A stretch of DNA of 64,000 nucleotides from positions 866 to 64,865 of the forward strand of contig VEQG01000007.1 in NCBI GenBank assembly GCA_018883345.1, read 5' to 3'. The DNA comes from Candidatus Nanopelagicaceae bacterium (GTDB lineage: Bacteria > Actinomycetota > Actinomycetes > Nanopelagicales > Nanopelagicaceae). The notes beneath the pieces were generated by a model. That model did no database searches. It was not told the DNA's origin and saw only the letters and a list, made by a program, of their open reading frames with translations. A program made the position numbers and the translations under genes. Within the stretch, counting starts at the first letter, position 1. Each line of letters opens with the position of its first letter. This document shows, one piece after another, positions 37,355 through 46,364 of the stretch.

Positions 37355-39874
37355 TTAGCCCAAAATCCTTTCATTGCTTGAATCGAATACAGGAGTAATT
37401 CCAACCTCTGCAATGCTGCATGGATATTGCTCACCCAAATACTCAACTAAGAATTTATTTCCAACCTTAGCCATTTCGGTAGGAATGAATGACATCAGAA
37501 TGTGCTTGCCAAGTGATGGCGCTGAACCTGCAGAAGTTACATAAGAACGACGTCCATGTGAATCTTCGATGGTCTTTCCATCAAGAGTAAGAATTGGTTC
37601 CTTGCCAAGCATGTATCGCTTAACACCTGACTTTGATGTGTGATCATCAACGAAAAGTGTGCAAAGCATTGTTACTGGCTTCTCAGCGCGATGCTTCTCA
37701 TGCGCAGCGCGACCAATGAAATCCTGCTCTTTCAACTTTGGTGTTTGCATTCCGCATTCAACAACGTTGTATTCAGTTTCAAGTTCTGCGCCATAAGCAC
37801 GATAGTTCTTCTCAAGTCGCCCAGTGGTTCCGTAAACACCGATACCAACTGGAATCAAACCGTGGTTCTTTCCTGATTCCCAAATTAGATCCCAAAGCTT
37901 CTCGCCTTGTTCCATTGGAATGTAAAGTTCCCAACCAAGATCTCCAACGTAAGAGATACGAGATGCCAGAACTCGAAGTGAACCAATTTCGATAGTCTTG
38001 CAAGTACCAAACTTAAATGCTTCATTTGAAACATCTGCTTTGGTAATCGCTTGCAAAATCTTGCGGGCATTTGGACCCCAAATACCAATAGTTGTGTATG
38101 TAGATGTTAAATCTGCAATTGCGGCAGTGCCATCTTCTGGCAGTAGATCTGAGAACCACTTCTTATCTGCCATACCGTGTGCACCACCCGTTACTACTCG
38201 GAAGTGATTCTGGCCCAAACGCATGATGGTTAAGTCAGACTTGAAGCCACCATTTGGACCAAGCACTGGCGTGTAAACCACGCGACCAATTGCGACATCC
38301 ATCTGACGTAGCGCTGCCTTCTGAACTACTGCGAGCGCAGATGGGCCGGTGATATCGAAGATAAAGAACGCTGAAAGATCAACAATTCCAGCAGTTTCAC
38401 GCATCTGTAAGTGCTCAGCGTTAATAATCGGCGACCACCAACGTGATTCCCATTCAGCTTCGCGCGGCATAACTTTTTCACCGAATTTTGCAACTAGTTC
38501 TTTATTTGATTCATACCAGAATGGACGCTCCCAACCAGCGGTCTCATAGAAAACTGCACCTAGTGCTTTTTCACGATCATACATAGCTGATTTACGAACG
38601 CCACGGTTTGATTCGTACTGTTCGTTTGGATGAACGATTCCGTAAGTCTTGTTAAAGCTTTCCGCTACGCGGACCTTTACGTGTTCGCGTGCTTTCTGAT
38701 GCTCATGGAAACGGGCAATGTTTGATGCATGTAGATCAATCTCAGAATCGCCTAACACCATCCACTCTGCAACTGCGCGACCGGTTCCTGGGCCTTCTTT
38801 GATCCAAACAGCTGCAGCAGACCAAAGTCCCTTAACTTCTGGAGTCTCACCAAGAATTGGCATGCCATCTGGAGTGTAAGAAAGAATTCCATTGATTGCA
38901 TATTTTTCACGGACAGTTTCATCGCCAAGAATTGATGGAACTAATTCGTAAGCATGCTCATCTTGAATATCGAAATCCTTCTGAGTGAATGGGAATTCGG
39001 TTGGAGATAAAGCTGCTGCTGCATTTGAAGGAATTTCATTTGCTTCGTAAAGAATTGGTCGGTGAGCATATGAACCAATTTCCAAACCGGTACCGTGTTG
39101 ACGCTCGTACATATTGGTATCCATGTCGCGCAGAATTGGCCATTCGATATCGCCCTTTGCATCCTTGAAGAATGGCACCGGACCAACGTCCTTCATCTGG
39201 TGAACCGCTGGAGTCAATGGAATCTCTGCGCCTGCCATCTTTGCAAGCTGTGCTGACCAGCAACCAGTTGCAATTAATACATACTCTGCTTCGATGAAAC
39301 CTTGATCAGTTTCTACGCCTTTGATGCGACCGTTTTCAACTTTCATGCCAGTAACTTCGATGTTTGCAAAGCTTTGCGCTGCACCCATTTCAATCGCCTT
39401 TTCACGCATTAAAGTACCGGCGCGCAGTGAATCCACCACACCCACTGTTGGCTGGTAATAACCACCGAGAATCACTGATTCTTCAACATAAGGCACTAAC
39501 TCTTTAACTTCTGCCGGAGTAACAATTCGACCACCATCAATGCCCCATGACTTAGCACTTGTGATGCGTCTAGCTAATTCCTGCATACGTTCCGGAGTAC
39601 GTGCAATTTCGATGCCGCCACATTCAGTAAAGCAATTTAGCTCTTTGTACTGCTTCATTGAATCCGCAGTGATATGAGCCATTTCTTTTGAATGATCCAC
39701 TGGGAAAATAAAGTTTGATGCGTGGCCAGTAGATCCACCTGGATTAGGTAGTGGCCCTTTATCAATCTGAACTAAGTCTTTCCAACCTAGTCGAGCTAAG
39801 TGATACATAACGGAATTGCCAACAATGCCAGCGCCGATAATTACGCACTTAGCTTTTGCAGGTAGTTGTGCCAT
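37355..39874 (-). CDS. Dimethylglycine (or sarcosine) dehydrogenase/oxidase: FAD domain fused to GcvT-type folate-binding aminomethyltransferase domain
   Basis: About 839 aa. VIIGAGIVGNS dinucleotide motif. GGSTGHASN lies at the position of the covalent-FAD histidine in DMGDH/SARDH/DMGO. C-terminal GcvT-like domain. The start is refined to the ATG at 39874, preceded by AAGGAG. Confidence 0.8.
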   Translation of the reverse strand: MAQLPAKAKCVIIGAGIVGNSVMYHLARLGWKDLVQIDKGPLPNPGGSTGHASNFIFPVDHSKEMAHITADSMKQYKELNCFTECGGIEIARTPERMQELARRITSAKSWGIDGGRIVTPAEVKELVPYVEESVILGGYYQPTVGVVDSLRAGTLMREKAIEMGAAQSFANIEVTGMKVENGRIKGVETDQGFIEAEYVLIATGCWSAQLAKMAGAEIPLTPAVHQMKDVGPVPFFKDAKGDIEWPILRDMDTNMYERQHGTGLEIGSYAHRPILYEANEIPSNAAAALSPTEFPFTQKDFDIQDEHAYELVPSILGDETVREKYAINGILSYTPDGMPILGETPEVKGLWSAAAVWIKEGPGTGRAVAEWMVLGDSEIDLHASNIARFHEHQKAREHVKVRVAESFNKTYGIVHPNEQYESNRGVRKSAMYDREKALGAVFYETAGWERPFWYESNKELVAKFGEKVMPREAEWESRWWSPIINAEHLQMRETAGIVDLSAFFIFDITGPSALAVVQKAALRQMDVAIGRVVYTPVLGPNGGFKSDLTIMRLGQNHFRVVTGGAHGMADKKWFSDLLPEDGTAAIADLTSTYTTIGIWGPNARKILQAITKADVSNEAFKFGTCKTIEIGSLRVLASRISYVGDLGWELYIPMEQGEKLWDLIWESGKNHGLIPVGIGVYGTTGRLEKNYRAYGAELETEYNVVECGMQTPKLKEQDFIGRAAHEKHRAEKPVTMLCTLFVDDHTSKSGVKRYMLGKEPILTLDGKTIEDSHGRRSYVTSAGSAPSLGKHILMSFIPTEMAKVGNKFLVEYLGEQYPCSIAEVGITPVFDSSNERILG

Positions 39875-39896
39875 GGTTTTTTCTCCTTGATTTGCC

Positions 39897-40535
39897 TTAG
39901 AGGCTCTTTCTGATGGTGGTTTCGAAACCTTCGATATGTTCTCGCATCGCAAGCTCTGCCGCATTCTTGTCTCCGTCAAGAATTGATTGCAAGAGCGCGC
40001 GGTGTTCGATGATTGCATCTTCTAATTCAGAGACGCGGTCTAGAGCCATAAACCAGATGCGCAGCGCGTGTGCGTAATACTGATCTAACGTTGACACTAG
40101 AAAATCATTATGTGTTGCAGCATAAATCTGATGATGAATTCTTTGATCCAAGTGAATCAACTTCTCCATCTTAGGTTCGCCTTTAATTGCATCAATTTCT
40201 TTTATTAATTGATCTATTACAGATTTATCGGTCGCGCTAGCGCGCTCTGCTGCAAGACCTGCTGCTTGGATCTCTAATTGGCCACGTACTTCCGAAATCG
40301 CAGCCAAATCTTTTACATCGACGCCAGCTACAAACATTCCGCGCCGTGGATAAACTTCAATTAATTTCTCGTTGGCTAAATTACGTAGCGCTTCTCGTAT
40401 TGGTGTACGTCCCATTTCTAATTGGGACATTAATTCGACTTCAGAAATTACTGATCCTGGACGGAGCTGACAGCTAATAATCATCGAGCGAATCTGGGCA
40501 TAGGCCTCATCGCTTAACGATTGATTTTCCCTCAT
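39897..40535 (-). CDS. GntR-family (FadR/FCD subfamily) transcriptional regulator
   Basis: About 212 aa. wHTH (ISEVELMSQLEMGRTPIREALRNL) plus helical FCD domain. The start is refined to the ATG at 40535. Confidence 0.8.
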   Translation of the reverse strand: MRENQSLSDEAYAQIRSMIISCQLRPGSVISEVELMSQLEMGRTPIREALRNLANEKLIEVYPRRGMFVAGVDVKDLAAISEVRGQLEIQAAGLAAERASATDKSVIDQLIKEIDAIKGEPKMEKLIHLDQRIHHQIYAATHNDFLVSTLDQYYAHALRIWFMALDRVSELEDAIIEHRALLQSILDGDKNAAELAMREHIEGFETTIRKSL

Positions 40536-40563
40536 TGGCTGAATCAAACTCACGGCGCCAAGG

Positions 40564-40578
40564 TATATCAGTGATATA
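40564..40578. promoter_or_regulatory. 15-nt palindrome, candidate GntR operator
   Basis: TATATCA-G-TGATATA lies in the 76-nt gntR/moaD divergent spacer. Confidence 0.3.
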
Positions 40579-40611
40579 TCAACTTCAAGGGGGTGCGCTA
40601 CGCTATTTCTC

Positions 40612-40848
40612 GTGGCGAGGGTCAACTTTTATGCGGCGGCGAAGGCGGCAGCCGGCACGGCCGAACTCAAGGTTCCCGCTTCATCCATCGGGGAGCTGAT
40701 TTCAAGCCTTAGCCAGCTAAGCCCCGAAATGACCAAATTGCTGCCAACCTGCTCTTACCTGCTAAATGGGGAATCCTGCACCAACTTGGCGCAATCTTTA
40801 TCAGATGGCGATCAAGTGGATGTGCTGCCTCAGTTTGCCGGAGGCTAA
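40612..40848 (+). CDS. moaD: Molybdopterin synthase sulfur carrier subunit (MoaD/ThiS fold)
   Basis: 78 aa ending in ...QFAGG (C-terminal Gly-Gly). GTG start. Lies adjacent to the Moco genes. Confidence 0.75.
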   Translation: MARVNFYAAAKAAAGTAELKVPASSIGELISSLSQLSPEMTKLLPTCSYLLNGESCTNLAQSLSDGDQVDVLPQFAGG

Positions 40849-41843
40849 CCGCCAATCGCGGACATTGGCCGAACTGGTTTTACGAAATCTGGATTATTAA
40901 TTCCATGTCCTGGCAATTTAGCTTTAACGCTTAGTCCAAAAGCTTTCACAATATCTTCTAGTTTTTCTCGCTCAGTCAAATTTCGATTGCGCAAAATAGA
41001 TCTCAAATCTGTCTCTTCGTTTGAAAATAGGCAGTTCCTTAATTGACCATCAGATGTAAGTCGTAACCGATCACAATTTGCACAGAATGAACGGGTAACA
41101 CTTCCAATGATTCCAACCGTTGCCGGACCACCATTTATGTAAAACTCTTCAGCTGGAGATGAACCGCGCTCTGCCACTGGTGTTAATTCAAATTCTGAAC
41201 TTATTTGGTTATAAATTTCATCTGCCGTAATCAAATTACTTCTAGTCCAAGCATCACCTGCATCAAGTGGCATTTGTTCGATAAACCTTAAATTTAAACT
41301 CTCTTTAAGTGCCCACTTTAATAATGGCAAGGCTTCATCACCATTTATATCTCTCATCAAAACTGTATTTATTTTGATAGGGGCCAATCCTGCCGCTCTA
41401 GCTGCGGCAATTCCTTCGATAACATCGTCGTATCTATCTCTAAAGGTAAGCCTCTTAAAACGTTCCCAATCCAAAGTATCTAGACTTATATTGATTCTTT
41501 TTAAACCAGCTTTAGCTAATTCGTTTGCGACTTTTGCTAAAGCTACGCCATTTGTCGTCATGGATAGTTCTGGCACATTTTCTAATGCATTGATTCGAGA
41601 GACTATCTCTACAATATCTGGGCGTAATAAAGGTTCTCCCCCGGTTAATCTGACCTCTTTAATCCCTTGAGATACGGCAATTTCAATTACTTTAACTATT
41701 TCTGGGGCTGTCAATAAGGTCTCGCTAGGTAGCCATTTATCGAAATTAAATGGCATGCAATAGGTGCAACGCAGTGAACAGCGATCTGTAAGTGAAACTC
41801 GTAAATCTCTATGCACTCGGCCATATTTATCAATCAAACTCAT
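40845..41843 (-). CDS. moaA: GTP 3',8-cyclase (radical SAM)
   Basis: 332 aa. CSLRCTYCMP radical-SAM cluster motif and C-terminal CANCDRLRLTSDG auxiliary cluster motif. Confidence 0.9.
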   Translation of the reverse strand: MSLIDKYGRVHRDLRVSLTDRCSLRCTYCMPFNFDKWLPSETLLTAPEIVKVIEIAVSQGIKEVRLTGGEPLLRPDIVEIVSRINALENVPELSMTTNGVALAKVANELAKAGLKRINISLDTLDWERFKRLTFRDRYDDVIEGIAAARAAGLAPIKINTVLMRDINGDEALPLLKWALKESLNLRFIEQMPLDAGDAWTRSNLITADEIYNQISSEFELTPVAERGSSPAEEFYINGGPATVGIIGSVTRSFCANCDRLRLTSDGQLRNCLFSNEETDLRSILRNRNLTEREKLEDIVKAFGLSVKAKLPGHGINNPDFVKPVRPMSAIGG

Positions 41844-42253
41844 GCGCTATTCACCCACTCGGTACTACCGTCAGCAAATTTTTGATATTTCCAGATAGGT
41901 AATTCCGCTTTAACTCGCTCAACCAACTCTTGGCAACATTCAAATGCTGGGCCACGATGAGCCGAAGATACCGCAACTACAAATGCACTTTCTCCGATTG
42001 GAATCAAGCCGTATCGATGCGCAACAGCTACTGCTTTTACTTCATACTTGCTAGCAACTTCGTTTGTAATTTTTTCAATTACCGCTTGGGCAGTTGGATG
42101 AATTTCGTAATTTAAAGATATCACTGCTTTGTTTTTATCATTGTTGCGCACATCTCCACTAAAGGTAGCAATAGCACCTGCTTCATCCAGCTTAACCAAT
42201 TCAGTTAAAGCCGTTGCAGATATTTTCTTATCAGTTACTTGTGCTGTGATCAT
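41840..42253 (-). CDS. moaE: Molybdopterin synthase catalytic subunit
   Basis: MoaE-like (GAIATFSGDVRN, AVAHRYGLIPIGE, SSAHR, PIWK). The start is uncertain (42253 or the ORF-track 42295). Confidence 0.8.
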   Translation of the reverse strand: MITAQVTDKKISATALTELVKLDEAGAIATFSGDVRNNDKNKAVISLNYEIHPTAQAVIEKITNEVASKYEVKAVAVAHRYGLIPIGESAFVVAVSSAHRGPAFECCQELVERVKAELPIWKYQKFADGSTEWVNSA

Positions 42254-42716
42254 TTCCAGCCAACTGATCATGAATATGTGGTGCAAGTCTTTCAATAATT
42301 ACCAAGCCATCTTTAACCGCTCCTGGTGAACCGGGTAGATTTACGATTAATGATTTGCCGGTTACGCCCGCTAATGCGCGAGATAAGTCTGCAGTTGGAA
42401 CTTTTTCGCGAGAGTATGCTCTGATTGCTTCAGCAAATCCTGGTAACTCACGTTCAATCAATGGTTTTGTGGCTTCTGGTGTTACATCTGTTGGTGAGAT
42501 TCCAGTTCCGCCAGTTGTGACTATTAAATCTATCTCTTCTGACAGCGCGCTCTTTATTGTGGTTGCAATTTGATTGATGTCATCTTGAACCAGCTTATGG
42601 CCCAAAACTTGATAACCCAATTGCGTTAATCCCTCTTTGAGCGCTGCCCCACTTAAGTCTTTGTAAACTCCAGCACTTGCACGATTACTAGCAGTAATGA
42701 TTAATGCCTTTTTCAT
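42231..42716 (-). CDS. mog: Molybdopterin adenylyltransferase (Mog/MoaB family)
   Basis: SNRASAGVYKD, TTGGTGISPTDVTPEAT, LPGFAEAIR and NLPGSPGAVK resemble E. coli Mog. The start is refined to 42716 (ATGA with the moaC stop). Confidence 0.8.
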   Translation of the reverse strand: MKKALIITASNRASAGVYKDLSGAALKEGLTQLGYQVLGHKLVQDDINQIATTIKSALSEEIDLIVTTGGTGISPTDVTPEATKPLIERELPGFAEAIRAYSREKVPTADLSRALAGVTGKSLIVNLPGSPGAVKDGLVIIERLAPHIHDQLAGNDHSTSN

Positions 42717-43186
42717 CGCTGCCAATCGCCAGTTTTGCCGCCGCTTTTACTCTCTACTTGGACCGCATTAATGCTTGCATGGGGATCCATTGCTTTGATC
42801 ATGTCTATCAAGGTAAGTCCTGCTACCGAAACTGCAGTCAGGGCTTCCATTTCAACTCCAGTGCGATCAGTTGTTTTTGCAGTTGCCTGAATCGCTACGC
42901 CGTCGCTTACAATTCTTAGATCAATTTCTACTTTATTTAGGGCAATTGGATGGCAGAGAGGAATCAGCTCGCTGGTTTTCTTGGCGCCCATAATTCCAGC
43001 AATTCGTGCAGTTGCTAATACATCACCCTTTGGAGTTTGGCCAGAAGCAATCGCATTCAATACTTCAGATTTCATGGTTACTTTGCCAGTTGCGATTGCG
43101 ATACGAACCGAGATCTCTTTGCCAGAAGTGTCGACCATATTTGCTTCGCCTTTATCGTTGATATGGCTTAGATTGCCAGAACTCAT
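42713..43186 (-). CDS. moaC: Cyclic pyranopterin monophosphate synthase
   Basis: LSHINDKGEANMVD, KGDVLATARIAGIMGAKKTSELIPLCHP and EMEALTAVSVAGLTLIDM match MoaC. The start is refined to 43186 (ATGA with the moeA stop). Confidence 0.9.
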   Translation of the reverse strand: MSSGNLSHINDKGEANMVDTSGKEISVRIAIATGKVTMKSEVLNAIASGQTPKGDVLATARIAGIMGAKKTSELIPLCHPIALNKVEIDLRIVSDGVAIQATAKTTDRTGVEMEALTAVSVAGLTLIDMIKAMDPHASINAVQVESKSGGKTGDWQR

Positions 43187-44340
43187 AGTGGTAATCCTAG
43201 CCAACGAAGGGTGGTTGGTGGGTTGGTGCAAACTGCAAAACCATCAGCGTGCGCCAAACTTCTAAGCATTGCACTTCCTAAATACTTACCAATTTTGAAA
43301 TGTCCCTTATCTAAAGTTCCCAGTACCAATCTGGTGAATCCTGATTGAGCTTCAAAAAGATCATCACTAGAAATTACCGGAAGCGGCAAATTTGGCTTTC
43401 CTAGAATCGTGTTAATTAGCGGCGCGCCTAAAGTTAGCAATGCGACTACGGCTGACTGTGGATTTCCAGGCAAACCAATTAATGGTTTTCCATTCACCAT
43501 TGCTAATAGTTGTGGGTGTCCCGGCCGCACGGCAACTTTATCAACATGTATTACGCCATTTAATTTAGCTATTGCAGAGTGCAAAAAATCTCTTGGCCCA
43601 TCTGCAGTACCACCAGTTGTCACCAAAATATCAAACTGCTTTGATGCTTTATCTATGGCAGAGATTGTTAAATCTAACTGATCAGAAATATATTCAACTT
43701 GTAAGACTTGGCAGCCTAAATTTTCAAGCCATATTGGAAGCTGTGGACCTAAAGAATCTCTTACAAGTCCATCTTTGGGAAGTCCGGATAGTTGAATTTC
43801 ATCACCAAGAAGAAGTAACCCAACTGTTGGGCGTTTTGCTACTTCAATCTCATCGTAACCAGATGCAGCCAATAGACCGACCATGGCTGGTGTCAGCGTA
43901 GTACCTTTTTCAATTAGCACTTCATTCAATTTTGCTTCTTCACCGGCTGGACGAAAATCCTTTTCTTCTGAGGTTTCACCGCTAATTTGGTTGCCATTTA
44001 CAGTTGCATTTTCCCAACGCAGTATTCCAAATGCTCCTTCTGGAATTACGGCACCAGTAGCGATACCTAAAGCTTGTCCAGGTTCTAGCCTTCCTTGAAA
44101 AGGTGAACCAGCTTTGATCTCTCCGATTAAATTCCAAGGCCCATTTCCTGCGACTGCATATCCATCCATTGCACTTGTTATGTAAGTTGGTAATTCAACT
44201 AAAGATTTTGCAGCTATCGCTAGCACACGATTACTTGATTGATTTATCGGAACAATTTCAGTTGCTTGTAAGCGGACCAAATTTGCTAAATTGGCAGCGG
44301 CTACGCGAGCTTCATCCCAACTAGGCTCAATTAAGGTCAT
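43183..44340 (-). CDS. moeA: Molybdopterin molybdenumtransferase
   Basis: 385 aa MoeA architecture (SAMDGYAV, TTGGTADG, GLPGNPQSA). Confidence 0.85.
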   Translation of the reverse strand: MTLIEPSWDEARVAAANLANLVRLQATEIVPINQSSNRVLAIAAKSLVELPTYITSAMDGYAVAGNGPWNLIGEIKAGSPFQGRLEPGQALGIATGAVIPEGAFGILRWENATVNGNQISGETSEEKDFRPAGEEAKLNEVLIEKGTTLTPAMVGLLAASGYDEIEVAKRPTVGLLLLGDEIQLSGLPKDGLVRDSLGPQLPIWLENLGCQVLQVEYISDQLDLTISAIDKASKQFDILVTTGGTADGPRDFLHSAIAKLNGVIHVDKVAVRPGHPQLLAMVNGKPLIGLPGNPQSAVVALLTLGAPLINTILGKPNLPLPVISSDDLFEAQSGFTRLVLGTLDKGHFKIGKYLGSAMLRSLAHADGFAVCTNPPTTLRWLGLPL

Positions 44341-44882
44341 TGCGCCAATCTACTAGCCAAGTCAATTGCTTTAAACAGATCTGCTTGGGTATCAATGTCT
44401 AACAGGAACTCCGTTTCAACCAATGGAACTTGGTTAATTTTTAAGATCGCCACCAACTCCTTGAGCGACCTATTTTCAAGTGCCCCTAACGAACATAATG
44501 CACTTCTTAACTGATTGCTCTTATATAGCGCAGCTAGCGGCTGTACAAATCCTTCACTATCAACTGGCAGCGCCGCATCATCAACCAGTGATTGCTCTAA
44601 CTTTTCCAAAATTTTCGGAGCAAAAGGCATATCCGTTGCAAAAATCGCAACCAGTTCTGTATCAACTACATTCATAGCAGCTCCAATCGCTGCCACCGGA
44701 CCGCCACCGATTGGTTCTTCACGTACATAAATTGCATCAATATTGGTTTTAGGACCGACGATAATCAAATCATCTAACTCTGAAGTCAATATTTCCAAAA
44801 GAGATCTACCATTGATCTCTGCTTCAGATTTATTTGAACCAAAACGATGGCTGGTGCCTCCAGTCAATATAATTTTTTTCAT
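44337..44882 (-). CDS. mobA: Molybdenum cofactor guanylyltransferase
   Basis: 181 aa. ILTGGTSHRFGSNKSE N-terminal nucleotide-binding motif. ATGA overlaps on both sides. Confidence 0.75.
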   Translation of the reverse strand: MKKIILTGGTSHRFGSNKSEAEINGRSLLEILTSELDDLIIVGPKTNIDAIYVREEPIGGGPVAAIGAAMNVVDTELVAIFATDMPFAPKILEKLEQSLVDDAALPVDSEGFVQPLAALYKSNQLRSALCSLGALENRSLKELVAILKINQVPLVETEFLLDIDTQADLFKAIDLASRLAQ

Positions 44883-45649
44883 CGCATCGCTTCTCTAAGC
44901 GGCTTGCGCAATAAGAAAACTATTAATACTCCAATTACTAACATCACAGCAGAAAGCACATAAGCAGTATCAACATTTACATCTAATTCTTGGTAAATCA
45001 ACATGGTCCAGGTTTGTGTTACGCCAGGCAGCGAACCCGCAAACATTAAAGTGGCACCAAACTCTCCCATCGCTCTAGCCCAAGCCAATATTCCACCAGT
45101 TGCGATTGCACTTCTAGATTGTGGAATTGCAATCTTCTGAAAAAGTTCGTTGCCACTTACTCGATCAATAATTGCGGCATCTTCTATCTCTTTCGGCAAT
45201 TGTCTGAAATTAGATTCACAAATTAATACAACGAATGGCAATCCTACAAAGATGCCAGCTAGAACTACTGCACTTGAAGTAAATGGCATAGACCAGCCAG
45301 TTATTTCGTAAATATATTTACCAAGCAATCCATTTCTACCCATCAATGAAATGAGTGCAATTCCGGCAACAGTTGGCGGCAAAACAATTGGCGCCAGTAC
45401 TAAAGGACGTATTAAATTGCTAATTCTGTTTGAACTTTTCGCCAAAATCCAAGCCAATGGCACACCTAAGGTAAGCGAAATAACGGCAGCTAAAGTTGAG
45501 GTCCAAATAGATAATTTGATTGCAGTTAAATCAGATAGTGAACCCAAAAAGTTGCTCCAGGGAACTTTTGCCATTAGAGATACCAACGGTGCAATAATGA
45601 TTGCGGCCGCCGTAATTGACAATAACTTTGTCATTATTCCAAATTTCAC
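44879..45649 (-). CDS. modB: Molybdate ABC transporter permease
   Basis: 256 aa. CysTW/ModB-type permease with the EAA loop (EIEDAAIIDRVSGNELFQKIAIP). GTGA overlap with modA. Confidence 0.85.
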   Translation of the reverse strand: MKFGIMTKLLSITAAAIIIAPLVSLMAKVPWSNFLGSLSDLTAIKLSIWTSTLAAVISLTLGVPLAWILAKSSNRISNLIRPLVLAPIVLPPTVAGIALISLMGRNGLLGKYIYEITGWSMPFTSSAVVLAGIFVGLPFVVLICESNFRQLPKEIEDAAIIDRVSGNELFQKIAIPQSRSAIATGGILAWARAMGEFGATLMFAGSLPGVTQTWTMLIYQELDVNVDTAYVLSAVMLVIGVLIVFLLRKPLREAMR

Positions 45650-46329
45650 TTTGTATCAAACCCTTTGCTTTGTAGGTATTTGATTGCAGAACGCGATTTT
45701 ATGTAGCTCATAAAAGTATTAGCCCATCGATTCGTTTTCAATTGTGCTATTTGATAGGTAGTTGAGGCTGCCTGAAGATTTGCAAACTCTATTGCCCGTA
45801 AATTTTTGTTTGCTAAAACATCGGTGCGGTAAACAATAGCGGCATCGACTTCACCAGCCAGCAATTTAGCTAACACGCTAGAAGCTTTTGGTTCCAAAGA
45901 AACGGGTTTTGAAGTCACATTTTCTCCAATGAGGGCTGCTTCCGCTACAGATCCGCAAGGAACTTCACGCGCACATTGAATCCAAATTACCTCTTTATTA
46001 TTCAGGTCTGAAATCTTTTTAATTGATGAGCGATTAGGAACGGCTAGGACTACCCGGTTAATCAAATAGTCGCTACCTCCTGTAAATGGTTCGGCAGAGA
46101 CAAAAATATCTGCCGGTGCCCCCGACTTTATTTGCGTCATCAAAGTTGTTGATGATTGAAAAGAAAAAGTAATTTTTACTCCGGGGTGCGCCTTCTCGAA
46201 TCTCTTTCCTAGCTCTATATAACTCTCAATCAAGCTTGATGCGGCGAAAATGGTCACTTTTGATGAGGCATATGAATTATTTGAAGAAAATAAAGCAATC
46301 ATGAGTGCGAGTGCGATTTTCTTCTTCAT
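45646..46329 (-). CDS. modA: Molybdate-binding periplasmic protein
   Basis: Signal peptide MKKKIALALMIALFSS, then ModA-like FAASSL...F.SS..L..QI..GAPADIFVSA. The start is refined to 46329. Confidence 0.8.
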   Translation of the reverse strand: MKKKIALALMIALFSSNNSYASSKVTIFAASSLIESYIELGKRFEKAHPGVKITFSFQSSTTLMTQIKSGAPADIFVSAEPFTGGSDYLINRVVLAVPNRSSIKKISDLNNKEVIWIQCAREVPCGSVAEAALIGENVTSKPVSLEPKASSVLAKLLAGEVDAAIVYRTDVLANKNLRAIEFANLQAASTTYQIAQLKTNRWANTFMSYIKSRSAIKYLQSKGFDTK

Positions 46330-46364
46330 TTCGCGAGTATATAAGGCTATTCTTAACGTCACTC

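Noticed and set aside
39875-40018. N-terminal extensions in the ORF track. Examples: DMGDH to 40018, ADH to 9737, etfB to 37446, fdsA to 32186, activase from 26569, mttB homologue to 23101, modA to 46362, gntR to 40625.
   Set aside because: The extensions overlap neighbouring genes or promoters and lack homology-like sequence. In each case a downstream start gives an ATGA/TAATG coupling or a Shine-Dalgarno match and the expected family N-terminus.
40536-40611. Moco riboswitch upstream of the moa/mod genes, cobalamin riboswitch near the corrinoid operon, and glycine or THF riboswitches near the C1 genes.
   Set aside because: The available spacers (76 nt here, 35 nt at 46330-46364, 122 nt at 23030-23151) are too short or too AT-rich. 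None shows the conserved cores I know for these riboswitches.
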